DNA from: Chiloscyllium plagiosum | Taxonomy: Eukaryota | DNA length: 64,000 bases | Reading direction: 5' to 3' | Assembly (NCBI RefSeq): GCF_004010195.1 | Contig: NC_057751.1 | Coordinates: 11,584,578 to 11,648,577, forward strand | In this document: positions 51,163-63,399 of the stretch, piece after piece | Numbering within the stretch: position 1 is the first letter of the stretch | How the letters are laid out: every line of letters begins with the position of its first letter | Notes under the pieces: generated by a model | The model's database searches: none | The model's input: only the letters and a program-made list of their open reading frames with translations | What the model was told of the DNA's origin: nothing | Made by a program: the position numbers and the translations under genes

Positions 51163-51770
51163 GTCAAATTTCACTTTTGCTTGAGGGGATGTTTGAGACA
51201 TCACTTCAAACTGTGCCCAAACAACTAGTTAACTTCATTTCCTCATCAATAAATAGCTCAAGACATCATGGGTCGATTCTCACTGTCCCTGCCTACATTA
51301 TTTCCTCGTTGCTCATCTTTTGCTCGGAGCCAATAAGTTGTGCAGCTCCTGCATATCATATTTCACCTCAATTAGCTTCTCAGTTCTGACTGCTGTTTTC
51401 AATCCTACTTGTGTGTAGTATGAACACTTGATTGACAATAAGTTGGCATGCACTTCAGAAATCTGCGACCACCACTCAACACCTGACTGCTCACAAATCT
51501 TCAATCGGCGCGAGTACAATTTAACAAGGAAGAAATGTATTTTCCATGGGAGCAAAATATAATCTCAGTTGCCTACACTTTTCAAAGATTTACCCGCTTC
51601 CTGTACGGAAGACATATAGTTTCACAAATGGAGCAGCCCTCAAGTCAAGTGGTCATTTGTAATGGTTGACCCAGAACAGCAAACAATAGGCTTTCCTCCT
51701 CAGCTCCAAGGGTATAAAAGCTCAGTAGAGCAGAAGCCTTCACAACAAGATTTGCAGAAAGTGCTCACTT
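51163..51770 (+). pseudogene. Candidate decayed exon
   Basis: Strong acceptor TATTATTATTTCCCAG; (G)QISLLLEGMFETSLQTVPKQ... then frameshifted YEHLIDNKLACTSEICDHHSTPDCSQIF and VDPEQQTIGFPPQLQGYKSSVEQKPSQQDLQK. Confidence 0.35.
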
Positions 51771-51994
51771 TTTTGTGGCTATTGATCAAAATGACTGAGG
51801 CTTTCTCCTTCTCCAAAGTTGGGATCTGGGTGACTTAGTAAGGGCAGTGAATCTGTGGGATCATTCCAATGAACACGACAACAGCTTTGGGATCATTCTG
51901 AAAGGACGAATTCAATTAGGCTGAATGGCCTTCTTCATCCATAATATCTTATGATTGTATCAACCCCTTTGTGAGCCTTTTGATTATGAAAAGC

Positions 51995-53575
51995 ATTCCA
52001 GATGCCCCAGTAGTATTAGCCACATCCACACACTTTCCAGGACAGATCACCAAATAGCAAAGATTGCTCCTGCAAATCCATACTGGCTGAAGCAAGAGGA
52101 AGAGGCTGAAAAGGCTGGGACTTTTTTCTGCTGGAGTGTAGAAGGTTGAGAGCATTATTAAATAATGAGGTAAGGTGTCTTTTCCCATTTTCCCATGGTG
52201 GGGGATTTCATGACTAAGGGGCATATTTTTAAGGTGAGAGGAGAAATATTTAAAAAAGATATGAGGGGCAATTTTTTTACAGAGAGTGTGGTTCATGTAT
52301 GAGTCATGGAATCATAGAGATGTACAGAACAGAAACTGACCCTTTGTTACGACCAGGTATCCCAACCCAAACTAATCCCACCTGCCAGCACTCGGCCCAT
52401 ATCCCTCCAAACCCTTCCAGATGCCTTTTAAATGTTGCAATTATATTAGCCTCCACCACTTCCTCTGGCAGCTCATTCCATATATGCACCATCCTCTGTA
52501 TGAAAAGGTTGCCCTTTAGATCTCTTTTATATCTCTCCCCTCTCACCCTAAACCTATGCCCTCTAGTTCTGGACTCCCCCACCCCAGGGAAGAGACTTTG
52601 CCTATTTATCCTATCCATGTCCCTCATGATTTTATAAACCTCTGTAAGGTCACCCTCAGTCTCAGACGTCCCAGGGAAAACAACCCCAGCCTATTCAACC
52701 TCTCCCTTTAGCTCAAATACTCGAATGCTGGCAAAATCTTTGTAAATATTTTCAGAACCCTTTCACGTTTCACAATATCCTTCTGATAGGAAGCAGACCA
52801 GAATTGCATGCTTTATTCCAAAAGTGGCCTAACCAATGTCCTGTAGAACCGCAACATGACCTCCCAACTCCTGTACTCAATACTCTGACCAATAAAGAAA
52901 GCATACCAAACGCCTTCTTCACTATCGTATCTACCTGTGACTCCACTTTCTAGGAGCTATGAACTTGCACTCTAAGGTCTCTTTGTTCAGCAACAGTCTC
53001 TAGGACCTTACCAATAAGTGTATAAGTCCTACAAAGATTTGCTTTCCCAAAATGCAGCACCTCGCATTTATCTAAATTAAACTCCATCTGCCACTTCTCA
53101 GCTCATTGGCCCATCTGATCAAGATCCTGTTGTACTCTGAGGTAACCTTCTTCGCTGTCCACTACACTTCAAATTTTGGTATTATCTGTAAACTTACTAC
53201 CTATAACTCTTATGCTTACATCCAAGTCATTTATATAAATGATGAAAAGTAGAGGACCCAGCACCGATCCTTGTGGCACTCCACTGGTCACAGGCCTCCA
53301 GTCTGAAAAACAACCCTCCACCAACACCCTCTGTCTTCTACCTTTGAGCCAGTTCTGAATCTGAAGTGGAATGAACTTCCAGAGGAAGTGGTGGATGTGG
53401 GTACAGTTACAACATTTGAAACACATTGAGTTAAGTACATGAATAATTAATGTTTGGAGGGATGTGGACCAAGCATAAACAGGTGGGACTAGTTTAGTTT
53501 AGGATTATGGTTGTCATCGACTGGTTGGACCGAAGAGTCTGTTTACATGCTGGGTGACTCTATGACTCTATGACA
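51995..53575 (+). mobile_element. CR1/HER1 3' fragment (+) split by an antisense HER1 insertion (52300-53358, -)
   Basis: Host ...CAGAGAGTGTGGTTCATGT resumes as GTGGAATGAACTTCCAGAGG at ~53365; insert has [13 protein letters not shown] and its 3' tail at 52300. Confidence 0.88.
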
Positions 53576-55304
53576 TAGTGAAGTGAGCTTGCTGTGGTAA
53601 GCTCTGCAAGTGGAAATGAATAAACATGTCTCCAGTGCCATATTACATGCTGTCTCTGTAATGTTCTCAGGGGATAAGAGTGCACCATTCCAGTCTTCAT
53701 CTCAAGTGAATGACGTTGAGGCACAAAAGAAAGTACAAAAAGTATTCACAGAATGATACCAGAACAAAGAGGGGTACACTTGGGAGGCTGATTAGACAAT
53801 AGCTATTTTCTCCAGAGAAGAGAAGGCAAATGGGGTGATTTGATAGAAAAAAAGGAGGACAATCATTTACATGTACTTTTCATTCCCTCTGAACATCCCA
53901 AAGTGTACTGCAGCCAATTACTTTTGAAGTGCAATCATTGTATAATGTGGGAAGTAAAGCTGTCAGTAAACTCTGAGATACAGCTATGTGATGAATGAGT
54001 CAGTAGTCTTTACAATTCTGAAGATATTTGACAGGGCAGATAAGACATTAACAGACCTATCCATTCTTCCATGCTCCTCTTCTGAAGATTGGGCCATGAA
54101 TTTCCATTGGATCGGTCCATGCCTATAACGAAGAAATGCAATGGTTTACCATTGCCTTCTGCAATGACCAGGAGCCTCTTCCATACTCTGCAAATTGGAA
54201 GAAGTTACAGATTTGCAATGTATTTGCAGGGTCACGTTATGAAAACCAACAAGTTCCAGCTTAGAGTTCAAATGTGGAGCTCCTGGCCCCTCAGTCGGGA
54301 TGCGAGCACTGCATCACAAAACCTCCAGACCAGAACAAGGAGCTACAAATGTAAGATAATCATCAATCAGTCTAATATGGAACTCAGAAGAAGCTCTCTT
54401 TGTCAAAGATTGCTTAGAATGAGGAATTCGCTATCATGAGTTGTCACTGAGCAATAAGCATGGATATATGTTAAAAGGAGTGAAATAACATATTGCAGAG
54501 ATAGTGAATCAAAGATATGTTGATCAATTGAGGTGAAAGGGATGGAAAACAGCAAGTATGTAGAATAAATGCTAGTGTAGACCAGTTGTCATGGTTCTGG
54601 AGAAATAAATTGCCTTGCTCACATTGCTCAAGCTCCAAGAATAATTATTCAAAGTCCATGGCCACTGACCCTAATGACGTCAGATAATTCACCACAGACT
54701 GGGGACAGAACGTTGTACAGTAGTATGACTTCCAACTAAGTTACCAGGGGGACAATAACTGCATCAATCTTCTCAATTGATAAATGGGACACATTTCACA
54801 ATCCATGTTGATATTCAGTCAAGGTGGCAGAAAAGTTGCTTGTGACTCTTTGGTCTTTGAAACAGGGCTACAGACCGACAACCAGCTTAAAGTTTACTAT
54901 TGGCGCTGCAGCTAGCTGCAAGAAAAACTACTACGTGACCCGACAGCAGCTGCTAGTTACTACGGCAACCACTGCAGTTCGAGTCACACATACTGTGCAG
55001 GTTTCTGTTGGAAAAAGCTGTGAAAATGCCAGTTTCTTGGAGGCTGAATCATCAGTAACCGTCTGAAAACTGAAAGTAATAAGGAAGGAAGAAATAAAAA
55101 GGACCTCTGGGAAAATCAGGTCTATTGAAGTCAAGCGCACAATCAGTTCTGGAGTAACAATATGTTAACTTGCTGTCTTCTCCACCATCCCTCGTTAAAG
55201 GGATTTGCCACACTTTTTTTCAAGATCCAGTGCCAATTGAATGAGAGTATAATCACAAGGATGTGTCTTCGGAGAGTTACTTATCCCCTCCACCTTGACA
55301 TAGA

Positions 55305-56050
55305 CTCATAGAGTCATAGAGTTATACAGCATGGAAACAGTCCCCTCAGTCCAATTTGTCCATGCCAAGCAGATACCCTAAATTTGTCTAGTCCCGTTTG
55401 CCAGCATTTGGCCCATATCTCTCTAAACCCTTCCTATTCATTTACCCACCCAGATACTTTTAAGAAGTTAAAAATCACACATCAGGTTATAGTACAACAG
55501 GTTTATTTGGAAGTAATTGCTTTCAGAGTGCTGCTCCTTCATCAAGTGGGTGTGAAGTATAAGATTGTAAGACATAGAATTTATAGCCAAAGTTTAAAGT
55601 GTGATGCAACTGAAATGATATATCGAAAAAGACCTAAAAACATGTTCATTCTAAAAGATGAGAGACTTAACAAGCAATCCGGACCTTTTTCAATATATAA
55701 GTTCAGTTAGATCACACTGTAAACTTTTGGTTTAAATTCTGTGTCTTACGATCTTATACTCCACAACCACCCGATGAAGGAGCAGTGCTCTGAAAGCTAG
55801 TGCTTCCAAATAAACCTGTTGGATTATAACCTGGTGTTGTGTGATTTTTAATTTTGTCCACCCTAGCCCAATACTGGCACCTCCAAATCAGATACTTTTA
55901 AATGTTGTAATTGTACCAGTCTCCACCACTTCCTCACGAAGTTCACTCTATACACACACCACCCTCTGCATGAAGAAGTTGGCACTTTGGTTCCTTTTTA
56001 ATTCTTTCCCCTCTCACCTTAAGCTTATGCCATCCAGTTTTGGACTCCGC
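55305..56050 (-). mobile_element. HER1 LINE 3' end interrupted by a Penelope-like hairpin
   Basis: CATAGAGTCATAGAG tail on +; ORF2 C-terminus continues after 55901. Confidence 0.88.
55464..55888 (+). mobile_element. Penelope-like fold-back element, family B, two hammerhead remnants
   Basis: ~170-bp inverted arms; CCGATGA-A-GGAGCAGTGCTCT-GAAA-GCTA in the right arm; exact 13-bp TSD CAGATACTTTTAA at 55451-55463 and 55889-55901. Confidence 0.88.
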
Positions 56051-56849
56051 CATTTTGTGGAGCCATGGGGAAATGGGATGATCCTGTGCCAATTGACAGC
56101 TTCCAGTTACAGAAGCAGAAGACTGGGGACAGGAAATTAATCTGCACAGGAGAGGAAAGATTTTCGATTCAGTACCAAACACGTACAAGCAATTGATGAG
56201 CTGCTGTCATGAATTTTCATGAGCTGCTCATATGGGCAGAAGTCCAGCACACTCCTTTGCACTGTGCACTCACCAAGAGGAGTGCTTTGGAATTCTGCAG
56301 TGGGAATGGATAAGCGTAACAATCGCAAAAGCAAACCCTAGCTTTGGAAATGTGATGTTAAACCAGGAAATGCTGGAAATGCCCAGTTGACGGCAGAAAG
56401 ACGGAGTTTCAGTCTGTCAGTACTGCCCTTTTTAGACTTTGGGCCAGCTTTGACACGAGGCCATCGATATGAAACCTCAAAATTGGTTACCGCCTCCATG
56501 GATGCTGTCTGACCGAATGTATTTTTGTGTTATCCTCAAGTAATCTATCACTGACGGTATCCAGCAATATGTGAGCTTTTATGGAAATGAACCAGAAACA
56601 GTAGATAAAAAGTACGTAAGATCTGCTGACTTGCTCGACGGCTATGCAGTCTATCCTTGTCCAACTTTAAAGGGTGCACATGAAGCTGTTGTCAAACTCC
56701 TTTTTTAATAATGGTTTTTCTTATTTTTACCTCTTTCCTACTTTTGGCTGAGTGCCTTGGAGGAGATGGCCTTTCCAGCCTTGGCCAGGTCAGACTGTAA
56801 CCCACGATCTGAGTTGATGTCCCAGTCATTTTACTTCGAGATGATAGCA

Positions 56850-57205
56850 GATTGGTAACCTATCAGGTACAGGTTAATGCTTTGGTGGGTTCAAATCCCA
56901 CCGTGGCAGTTGAGGGAATTTGATTTTGATAATTCCATCTGGAATTGTAAACTACTTTAAGTTTCACGGTCATCATTTGCTGTAATGTTACAAAAACCTA
57001 TCTGGTTCACAGATGTCCATGAGGGAAGGAAATCTGCCACCTTTACCTGGTCTAACTCAAATGCAATTTTGACCCAAAAGCAACTCCATGGGGTCGACTC
57101 TAAACTGCCCTCTGAAATGGTCAAGCAAGCCACTCAACTCACAGCTAATTAGGAATAGGCAGCAAATGCTGGCCTTGTCTCAGATGCCAACATCCTAGTG
57201 AAATC
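56850..57205 (+). mobile_element. tRNA-derived SINE ('GGGCAATAAA' tail family)
   Basis: B-box GGGTTCAAATCCC; AAAACCTATCTGGTTCAC...GGGAAGGAAATCTGCC...GCAAATGCTGGCCTTG. Confidence 0.75.
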
Positions 57206-58608
57206 ATTTTTTAAAAAAACATTTCAGTGACCTTTCTTCCCATTGATAAATAAGGACACATCATTGTCAGTACCTCTGCACGTTGGTCCTGTTTGGGCAG
57301 CTGAAAAACGCAACAATTTGCGTAGTGCTCTGAGTGTAGCAAAACATTCCTCGCTGCTTTTGACTTTTCGAATTTTTCAAATAAAACTCAACACTGAGTT
57401 AGAAAAAGAGGTATTGGGGTAGCTGTCCAAGTATTTGATGTAAGAGTATCTTAAAGAACAGGAGAGTGGTAGAAAGGTTTAAGGCTGGAATTTTGCAGTG
57501 TAGAGCCAAGGAAGCTGAAGGTATTGTTGAAGTAAATTTCGGACGATACCAGCTTCAGATTCTGGACACTTTATTTCTGAAACCTGCTGGAGAGATCCCG
57601 AGTGCCACCAAAGGAGTCTGGCAGCCTTCGTGTGGAGGCACTCCCTGATGAATCTCTGAACATTACAACTAAATAGCATTTCTTATATCTTGTTCGAGTG
57701 TAATTGATACAAAGGATTCTGACATCATAGGGCAGAATACAAATCTTGTTAACAATATGTATTTTTCACTCTCTCAATAGCTGGAGATCGCTGCCTTCCT
57801 GTGATAATATTAAACCATTCACAGAAATTTGTGACAGTACTGTTCTCAAACTTATGCTAATTGATAAAGGGGTAGATAATAGATTTTAGTATCAGTAGTG
57901 TGGTTAGTCTTCACATATCCTTGTTAGCTTGCAAGGAAGTATATGAATGGAAACAGGAGGTAGTTAATGGCATGTCTGATCAGGGCTGACATTCCTATTC
58001 AAAAAGCGAGTATCTTCACTTGGGACTGAGATATATTCACACATATGGCTCCAGACCGCTTTGGTGGTTCAGTGGCAGCCAGACTCCTGCTGTGATCTCT
58101 GGTCTGTGCCTGCCACTGGACAGGCATACAATTGAATACACAGAGATTCATTCCAATAGGGACCTTTAGCCCTTGAATTCCCACTGCCTCTCAGCACTAG
58201 CATAAGCCAGTGAAACAGAACATTTTACTTTTCAGGATTCACGACCTTCATCAGTCTGGCTGCTAGTGGCACAGAGAAATACATCATAAAACAAGGGATA
58301 TGTATGGCCAGAAGTGGAGGAGTGCAGAGATTTGGGAGGATTGCAAGCCTGGAGGATGTATAGGGATAAAGAGAAGTGAGACCTGGGATTCTTTAATTTG
58401 TGGTGTTGCTGGACCAAGAGCCAGTGCTTCCAAACATTTTCTCAATGAGTTCAGTTTAATGCCTCAGATTCTGAGTGATTGTTGAGTAAAAGGTGGACTG
58501 AAGGAAAGGCTTGGAGAGTTGTTGAGTTTGGAGATGGAGGAGATGGTTTGCTGGTATTGGTTGATGGAGGGGGTTGCAAAATTGCTGGGTTCCTCCCATT
58601 CCCCACAG

Positions 58609-59072
58609 GAAAAGTGAACGTCTGCCTTTTGTACAAGCTGTGTTTGCAAGAGCAATTGGGCCTCAGAGAACAGATGAAGCCAGGCCAACAAACAAAATAA
58701 AAGACCAAATATTGAAAAGGAGCCATGTGCTGCCTCAGAATTTGGGAATGCAAACTCTCAATCTGCAACTCCACTGTGAGTTGCACCCCTCAGTTTGTGA
58801 ACCCCTACAGTATAGGTTCACAAGTACAAATTGAACTTTCAGCAAATTGGGCTGCATGGCCTTCCAGAGGGTGTAAGATGGAGAGACAGCAGAAGAGCTT
58901 TGGAAAGGAGGAACCCGGTAATACAAGACCAGGATTACTGCTTATCACATCCTAAGATAAAAAAAATTGCTTTTGTCTTTGACTGGTGTATGTTTCCATC
59001 AGCCTCAGAGAGGCACCACGAAAGGAGTAACTGCACTGAATTTCACAAGGTCATTCTTAAATTGGAACAAAG
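58609..59072 (+). pseudogene. Candidate frameshifted exon
   Basis: Acceptor TCCCATTCCCCACAG, donor AAAG|GTGAAT; overlapping + ORFs 58574-58834 and 58831-59076 tile the interval. Confidence 0.35.
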
Positions 59073-60504
59073 GTGAATTCGGAGTCCTGTTCAGAAAGAT
59101 TTAAGTGAGCAGTGCTCAGTCACCTGGTCAGCCAAATGCAAATTTTGAATTCAATTAACAGGAAATTGAAAGCTGCTCCTAAATCAGGCAGAATGTCTGC
59201 TACTTGAGTCGAGATGAAACTACGTCTGAGTGTGCTCATGCCACTTCTGAGCATGAGTAACTCAGTATTTCAGCTGTTGGGGGGTAGAATTTGGGTTTCC
59301 TTGTTGAAGCAACACCTTTTATGATCTGATCTTAACATTGAAGTCAAACACATAGAAAACCAAAGCCTAAGCTTTCTCTCATGAACTCACAGTTCCTGCC
59401 TAAATCATGTTTCTAACCAAAAGCAGCTCAGTTGTTTGGTATAATGGGTTGCCTTAATGAAAGTATATTTGATTGTGGAACGACATTGACTTCAACAGGG
59501 TAGATGCTGCAATCTTGACACTTGTGTAGTTCACTACATTACTGGAGAAGCTCCAAAATCTTAAACCAATGCCTGGAGCGAGTCAAAAATTAACAACGTG
59601 TTAGCATCGCTGAAAATCAATGGGCTATTGGACACAGAATTATTCAAATTTACAAGCGAGCTATTTGATGTTGAGTGGTAGAAGAGTTCATTTCATGAAA
59701 TCTTACAAAAAATTATTGACCTTCAGATTACAAACCACATTTTCCTCAACAGTTTTTATCACAGTTTAAAAACATGTAGCATATTTGAAGGACGTCTGAT
59801 TTCAATGCATATGATCAGATCAATGTTAATGCAGCAGGGTACAATATCTGCATCTATTGGAGTTGTAGCAATCTCAAAACTATCCATGCCATGCAAACCT
59901 GTTTTGGCAGAGAGAAACAACATAAAATGGAGAAAGTTTGCTAAACAGTTCACTTTGCTGTAAACATGTAATTAAAACTGGCTCCACCGATACATAAATG
60001 TGCATTTACATTACAATTCACAAAACTGTAACCAGGTTAATGTAAAGAATACACTCCGATAGATGTCAATTGTTTACATTGATGCAGTGTAGTCACTAAC
60101 TTAATTTAGCAGTCTGGGGCCAAAATGTTGTGGAAAATCTTTACTTTACCACACTTTGATGTTGTGCTCTCAGACTTTCTTGTAACATGTTGAATTCAGG
60201 CCCTGACATTATTCATACCAAAGACAGATCTTTAACCACAAGTACATCAGTTTAGTGCTACAACCTTAAAGAACTCTCTCCAGACAGACAGAAACCAATT
60301 TTTGGAAGACAAGACAGAAAACTGAACTGCCAGGTGGATGTCTATAAACTTTAAGAAGTCATTGTATAAAGATTTTACCTATTATACTTCATTAGAAACC
60401 TGGTGTTAGCACAGATGTTTATACTTACAACACAAATGGGGGCGTACACATAATTCAACACACACACAAGTTTCCACTTGTTAATCTAGCCATTTTGTCT
60501 TTAA

Positions 60505-60900
60505 TTCACATTGAGGATATAGGTGTCACTAGCTAGGCCAGCATTCATTGCCCATCCCTATTTGCCCTTGAGATGTGAGCTGCCTTCCTAATCCACTGCG
60601 GTCCTTGGGGTGTAGTTACAGACACAGTGCTGTGAGGGAGGTTGTTCTGTGATTTTCACCCAGCAACAGTGAAGCAATATTAATGTAGTTTCAAGTCAGA
60701 ATAGTGTGTCACTTGGAGGGGAACTTGCAGGTAGTGGGGTTACCATTGCATATGCTGCCCTGTGCTTTTCAGTGCTTGGGGTTGCAGGTTTGGAATTGGA
60801 TGTTGAAAAAGCCTGGATGAGGTGCATCTTGCCAATGGTACACATGATGCTGCCTGGCGTGCTGTGTTCTTCCAGTCTCCTGCTTGTTTACAATGGTACA
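60505..60900 (-). mobile_element. LINE 3' end ('GGGCAATAAA' tail family)
   Basis: GGCCAGCATTCATTGCCCATCCCTATTTGCCCTTGAG...TCAAGTCAGAAT. Confidence 0.7.
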
Positions 60901-61719
60901 CACTGCAGGTTGGTGGTAGAGAGAATGAATGTTTCCTGTTCAGAGGTCCATCTTCAAACGGCTCAGCATAGGTGTTTTTGGTAACTTACCTGCTGCCGTT
61001 CAGCTGCAGACAGATTTCATGGTCAAATAAGAATGTGCCCATACTCAAGAATCTCAGCAATGTTGCACAGCATACATGCAGCAGACACACCCAGCACAAT
61101 CACACCCAAAGACTACACTCGTCTATCTGCACATATCACATCTCAAATCACACATCCGTTATGCAGACCACAATCTTCGTACATCCCTGTGTAATGGCAT
61201 CCAAACCTCTGTCTGATTAAGACAATTACTCGAGTGGATTCTTGTGATGACCTGCTCTGACTTCAAGGACACACAAAGGAAACATAAAAGGGCCAGAAAA
61301 AAGACCCAGGCACTCATTTGCGCTGGACTCCTTTTGTTGGCTTTGTTGATTTGACAGCTCAATCACTGCACATGTAATGGTTCTTTTTAAGACAGTTGCA
61401 TTAAAGCAGCAAAATACATTAAAAATTCTTCCAGTGGTTATGCCCCAAACCTTGCAGTTCTCTGTTTGCAATATATTTGCTTTGGAAACCTATTTAACTT
61501 GGACATTAGTAAAATGTACCTAAATCAGTAGTCATATAGGCAGATAAAATGCAAAGTTGCCATTGATGAAATAGTTTCTCATTTTTCCTAAATGCTACTT
61601 GCACTCATGACAGTTATTTTTAAATCTTGAAGAGGGTGTAAAAAATATCCAGCTCTGAACCCTCAAGTGTTTCAGACAGGCCACTCCCCCTGGCAGAAAT
61701 TGTTGCAAGTGCTTCTTAT

Positions 61720-61925
61720 AGTCACACCATCTGAACTTGGAAATGTATTGCTGCTGAAATCCTGGGACTCCCTCCCAAACAGCACTTTCGGCATCCCTCT
61801 TACCCTAAGGACTGTGCGAGTTCAAGAAGACAGTTCTCCATCATCATTTCAAGCGCAACTAAGGGTGGGAAACAAATGCTGCATTGGCCAGTGAGACCCA
61901 CATCCTGTGAACAATTTAAAATAAA
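61720..61925 (+). mobile_element. LINE 3' end ('GGGCAATAAA' tail family)
   Basis: AACTTGGAAATG...AAATCCTGGGACTCCCTCCC...GTTCAAGAAGACAG...CCCACATCC. Confidence 0.65.
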
Positions 61926-62021
61926 TATGGTAAAGGAAGCTGATTTTACCCTGCTGGCTCTGAGCAGGAAGTACCCTTTATACATCACCGCTGTGTTTAA
62001 CTTCCACCTTCAACTTTGGAA

Positions 62022-62930
62022 GAGCATAAGAGCCTGAGATATAGGTCTACCATTCAACAGGGTTGAAGAATGTGGTGCTGGAAAAGCACAGCCGGTCAGG
62101 CAGCATCCGATGAGCAGGTGTTTAATCAGATTCCTGATGAAGAGCTCATGCTTGAAACGTCGAATTTCCTGCTCCACGGATGCTGCCTGACCAGCTGTGC
62201 TTTTCCAGCACCACAGTCTTTGAATGTGATCTCCAGCATCTGCAGTCCTTACTTTCTCCTATCATTCAACAGGGTCATGGCTGAACTGAAATTCCCTACG
62301 TCCACTTTCATGCCCTTTTCCACATAACCCCGGATTCCCGACTGACCAAGAATCTATCTATCTCAGTCTTAAGTATACCCAAGGACTCTGTCCACCCAGC
62401 TCTCTGTGGCAAGGATTTCCCAAGACTCATAATCCTCGGGGCAGAGAAATTTCTCCTCATCTCAGCGTGACATTGGCATCTCTTTATTCTGAAACTATGC
62501 TCTCTAGTTCTAGACTCTCCCATGAGGGCAAACATTCTCTCAGCTTTTACCCTGTCAAGCCCCTAAAAATCTATATATTTCAATGAGATCACCTCTTATT
62601 CTTATTGAACTCCAGCCAGTAGAGTCCCAACTTATTTAGCCTTTGTTCATGAGACAATCTCTCCATGCCAGCGATCATCCTTGTGACCCCACTCTGAACT
62701 GCCTCCAATAAAATTATATTTTCTTAAACAAGAGGACCAAAACTGTTCACAACACTCCAGATGTGGTGTCACCAGCACCTTGTACAGTTGCAGCATGACC
62801 TCCCTACTCTTACACTCCAACCCCCTTGAATTAAGAGCCAACATTCTATTAGCCTTCCTGATTATCTGCTGCTCCTGTGTGGGAGCTTTGTCCACCCAAG
62901 TTCCTCTCTGCCGTTTCTCTCCATTTATAT
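62022..62930 (-). mobile_element. CR1 LINE 3' fragment interrupted by a Penelope-like hairpin
   Basis: GLECKSREVMLQLYKVLVTPHLECC; GESRTREHSFRIK..EMRRNF. Confidence 0.88.
62064..62262 (+). mobile_element. Penelope-like mini-element, family C, fold-back with hammerhead
   Basis: CTGATGA-A-GAGC-TCAT-GCTT-GAAA-CGTC at ~62134-62161; inverted arms; exact 13-bp TSD CATTCAACAGGGT at 62051-62063 and 62263-62275. Confidence 0.88.
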
Positions 62931-63399
62931 AATCCCTGTCTCTGGATGTTTAGCCAGCGAGTTTGCAGCTTTTGTTAAAATAAAACCTCCCTTTGCGGAG
63001 AAGACCTCACACAGGACCTGGACATGAACAGAGTCCTTGTCTCGTAACTCAGCTTATCATTGAGTGCCACTGAACAACCGAGGAAAGGGGAAATAAAGCT
63101 GGATCCAGCTTTTATTTAATAGGCTTTGTGCTGCAAAGACTTTTACAAATGGGGAAGTCAGAGAGGAGGAGAAAAGTGTCTTTCAGTGTAACTAAAGCCG
63201 CACCCACCAGCAAGTCCAACCCCATGAAAACTTTGGTGGTTATTTGCATCCAGGACACGCCCTCGCTTCAGAAAAACTCGGTTAAAAACTCTTGAAAGGC
63301 TTTCCTCCCTACTTCTCTCCGACATCTGCAGCTCAAATAGGTTGATTAACTGGTCTTACTTGTCAGAGAGAGAGAGAAAAAAAAACCCTAACTACTACC

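Noticed and set aside
1..61220. Using 'all stops derive from CAA/CAG/CGA' as evidence for pseudo-exons
   Set aside because: Every stop codon is one C>T change from such a codon, so the argument is uninformative and was not counted
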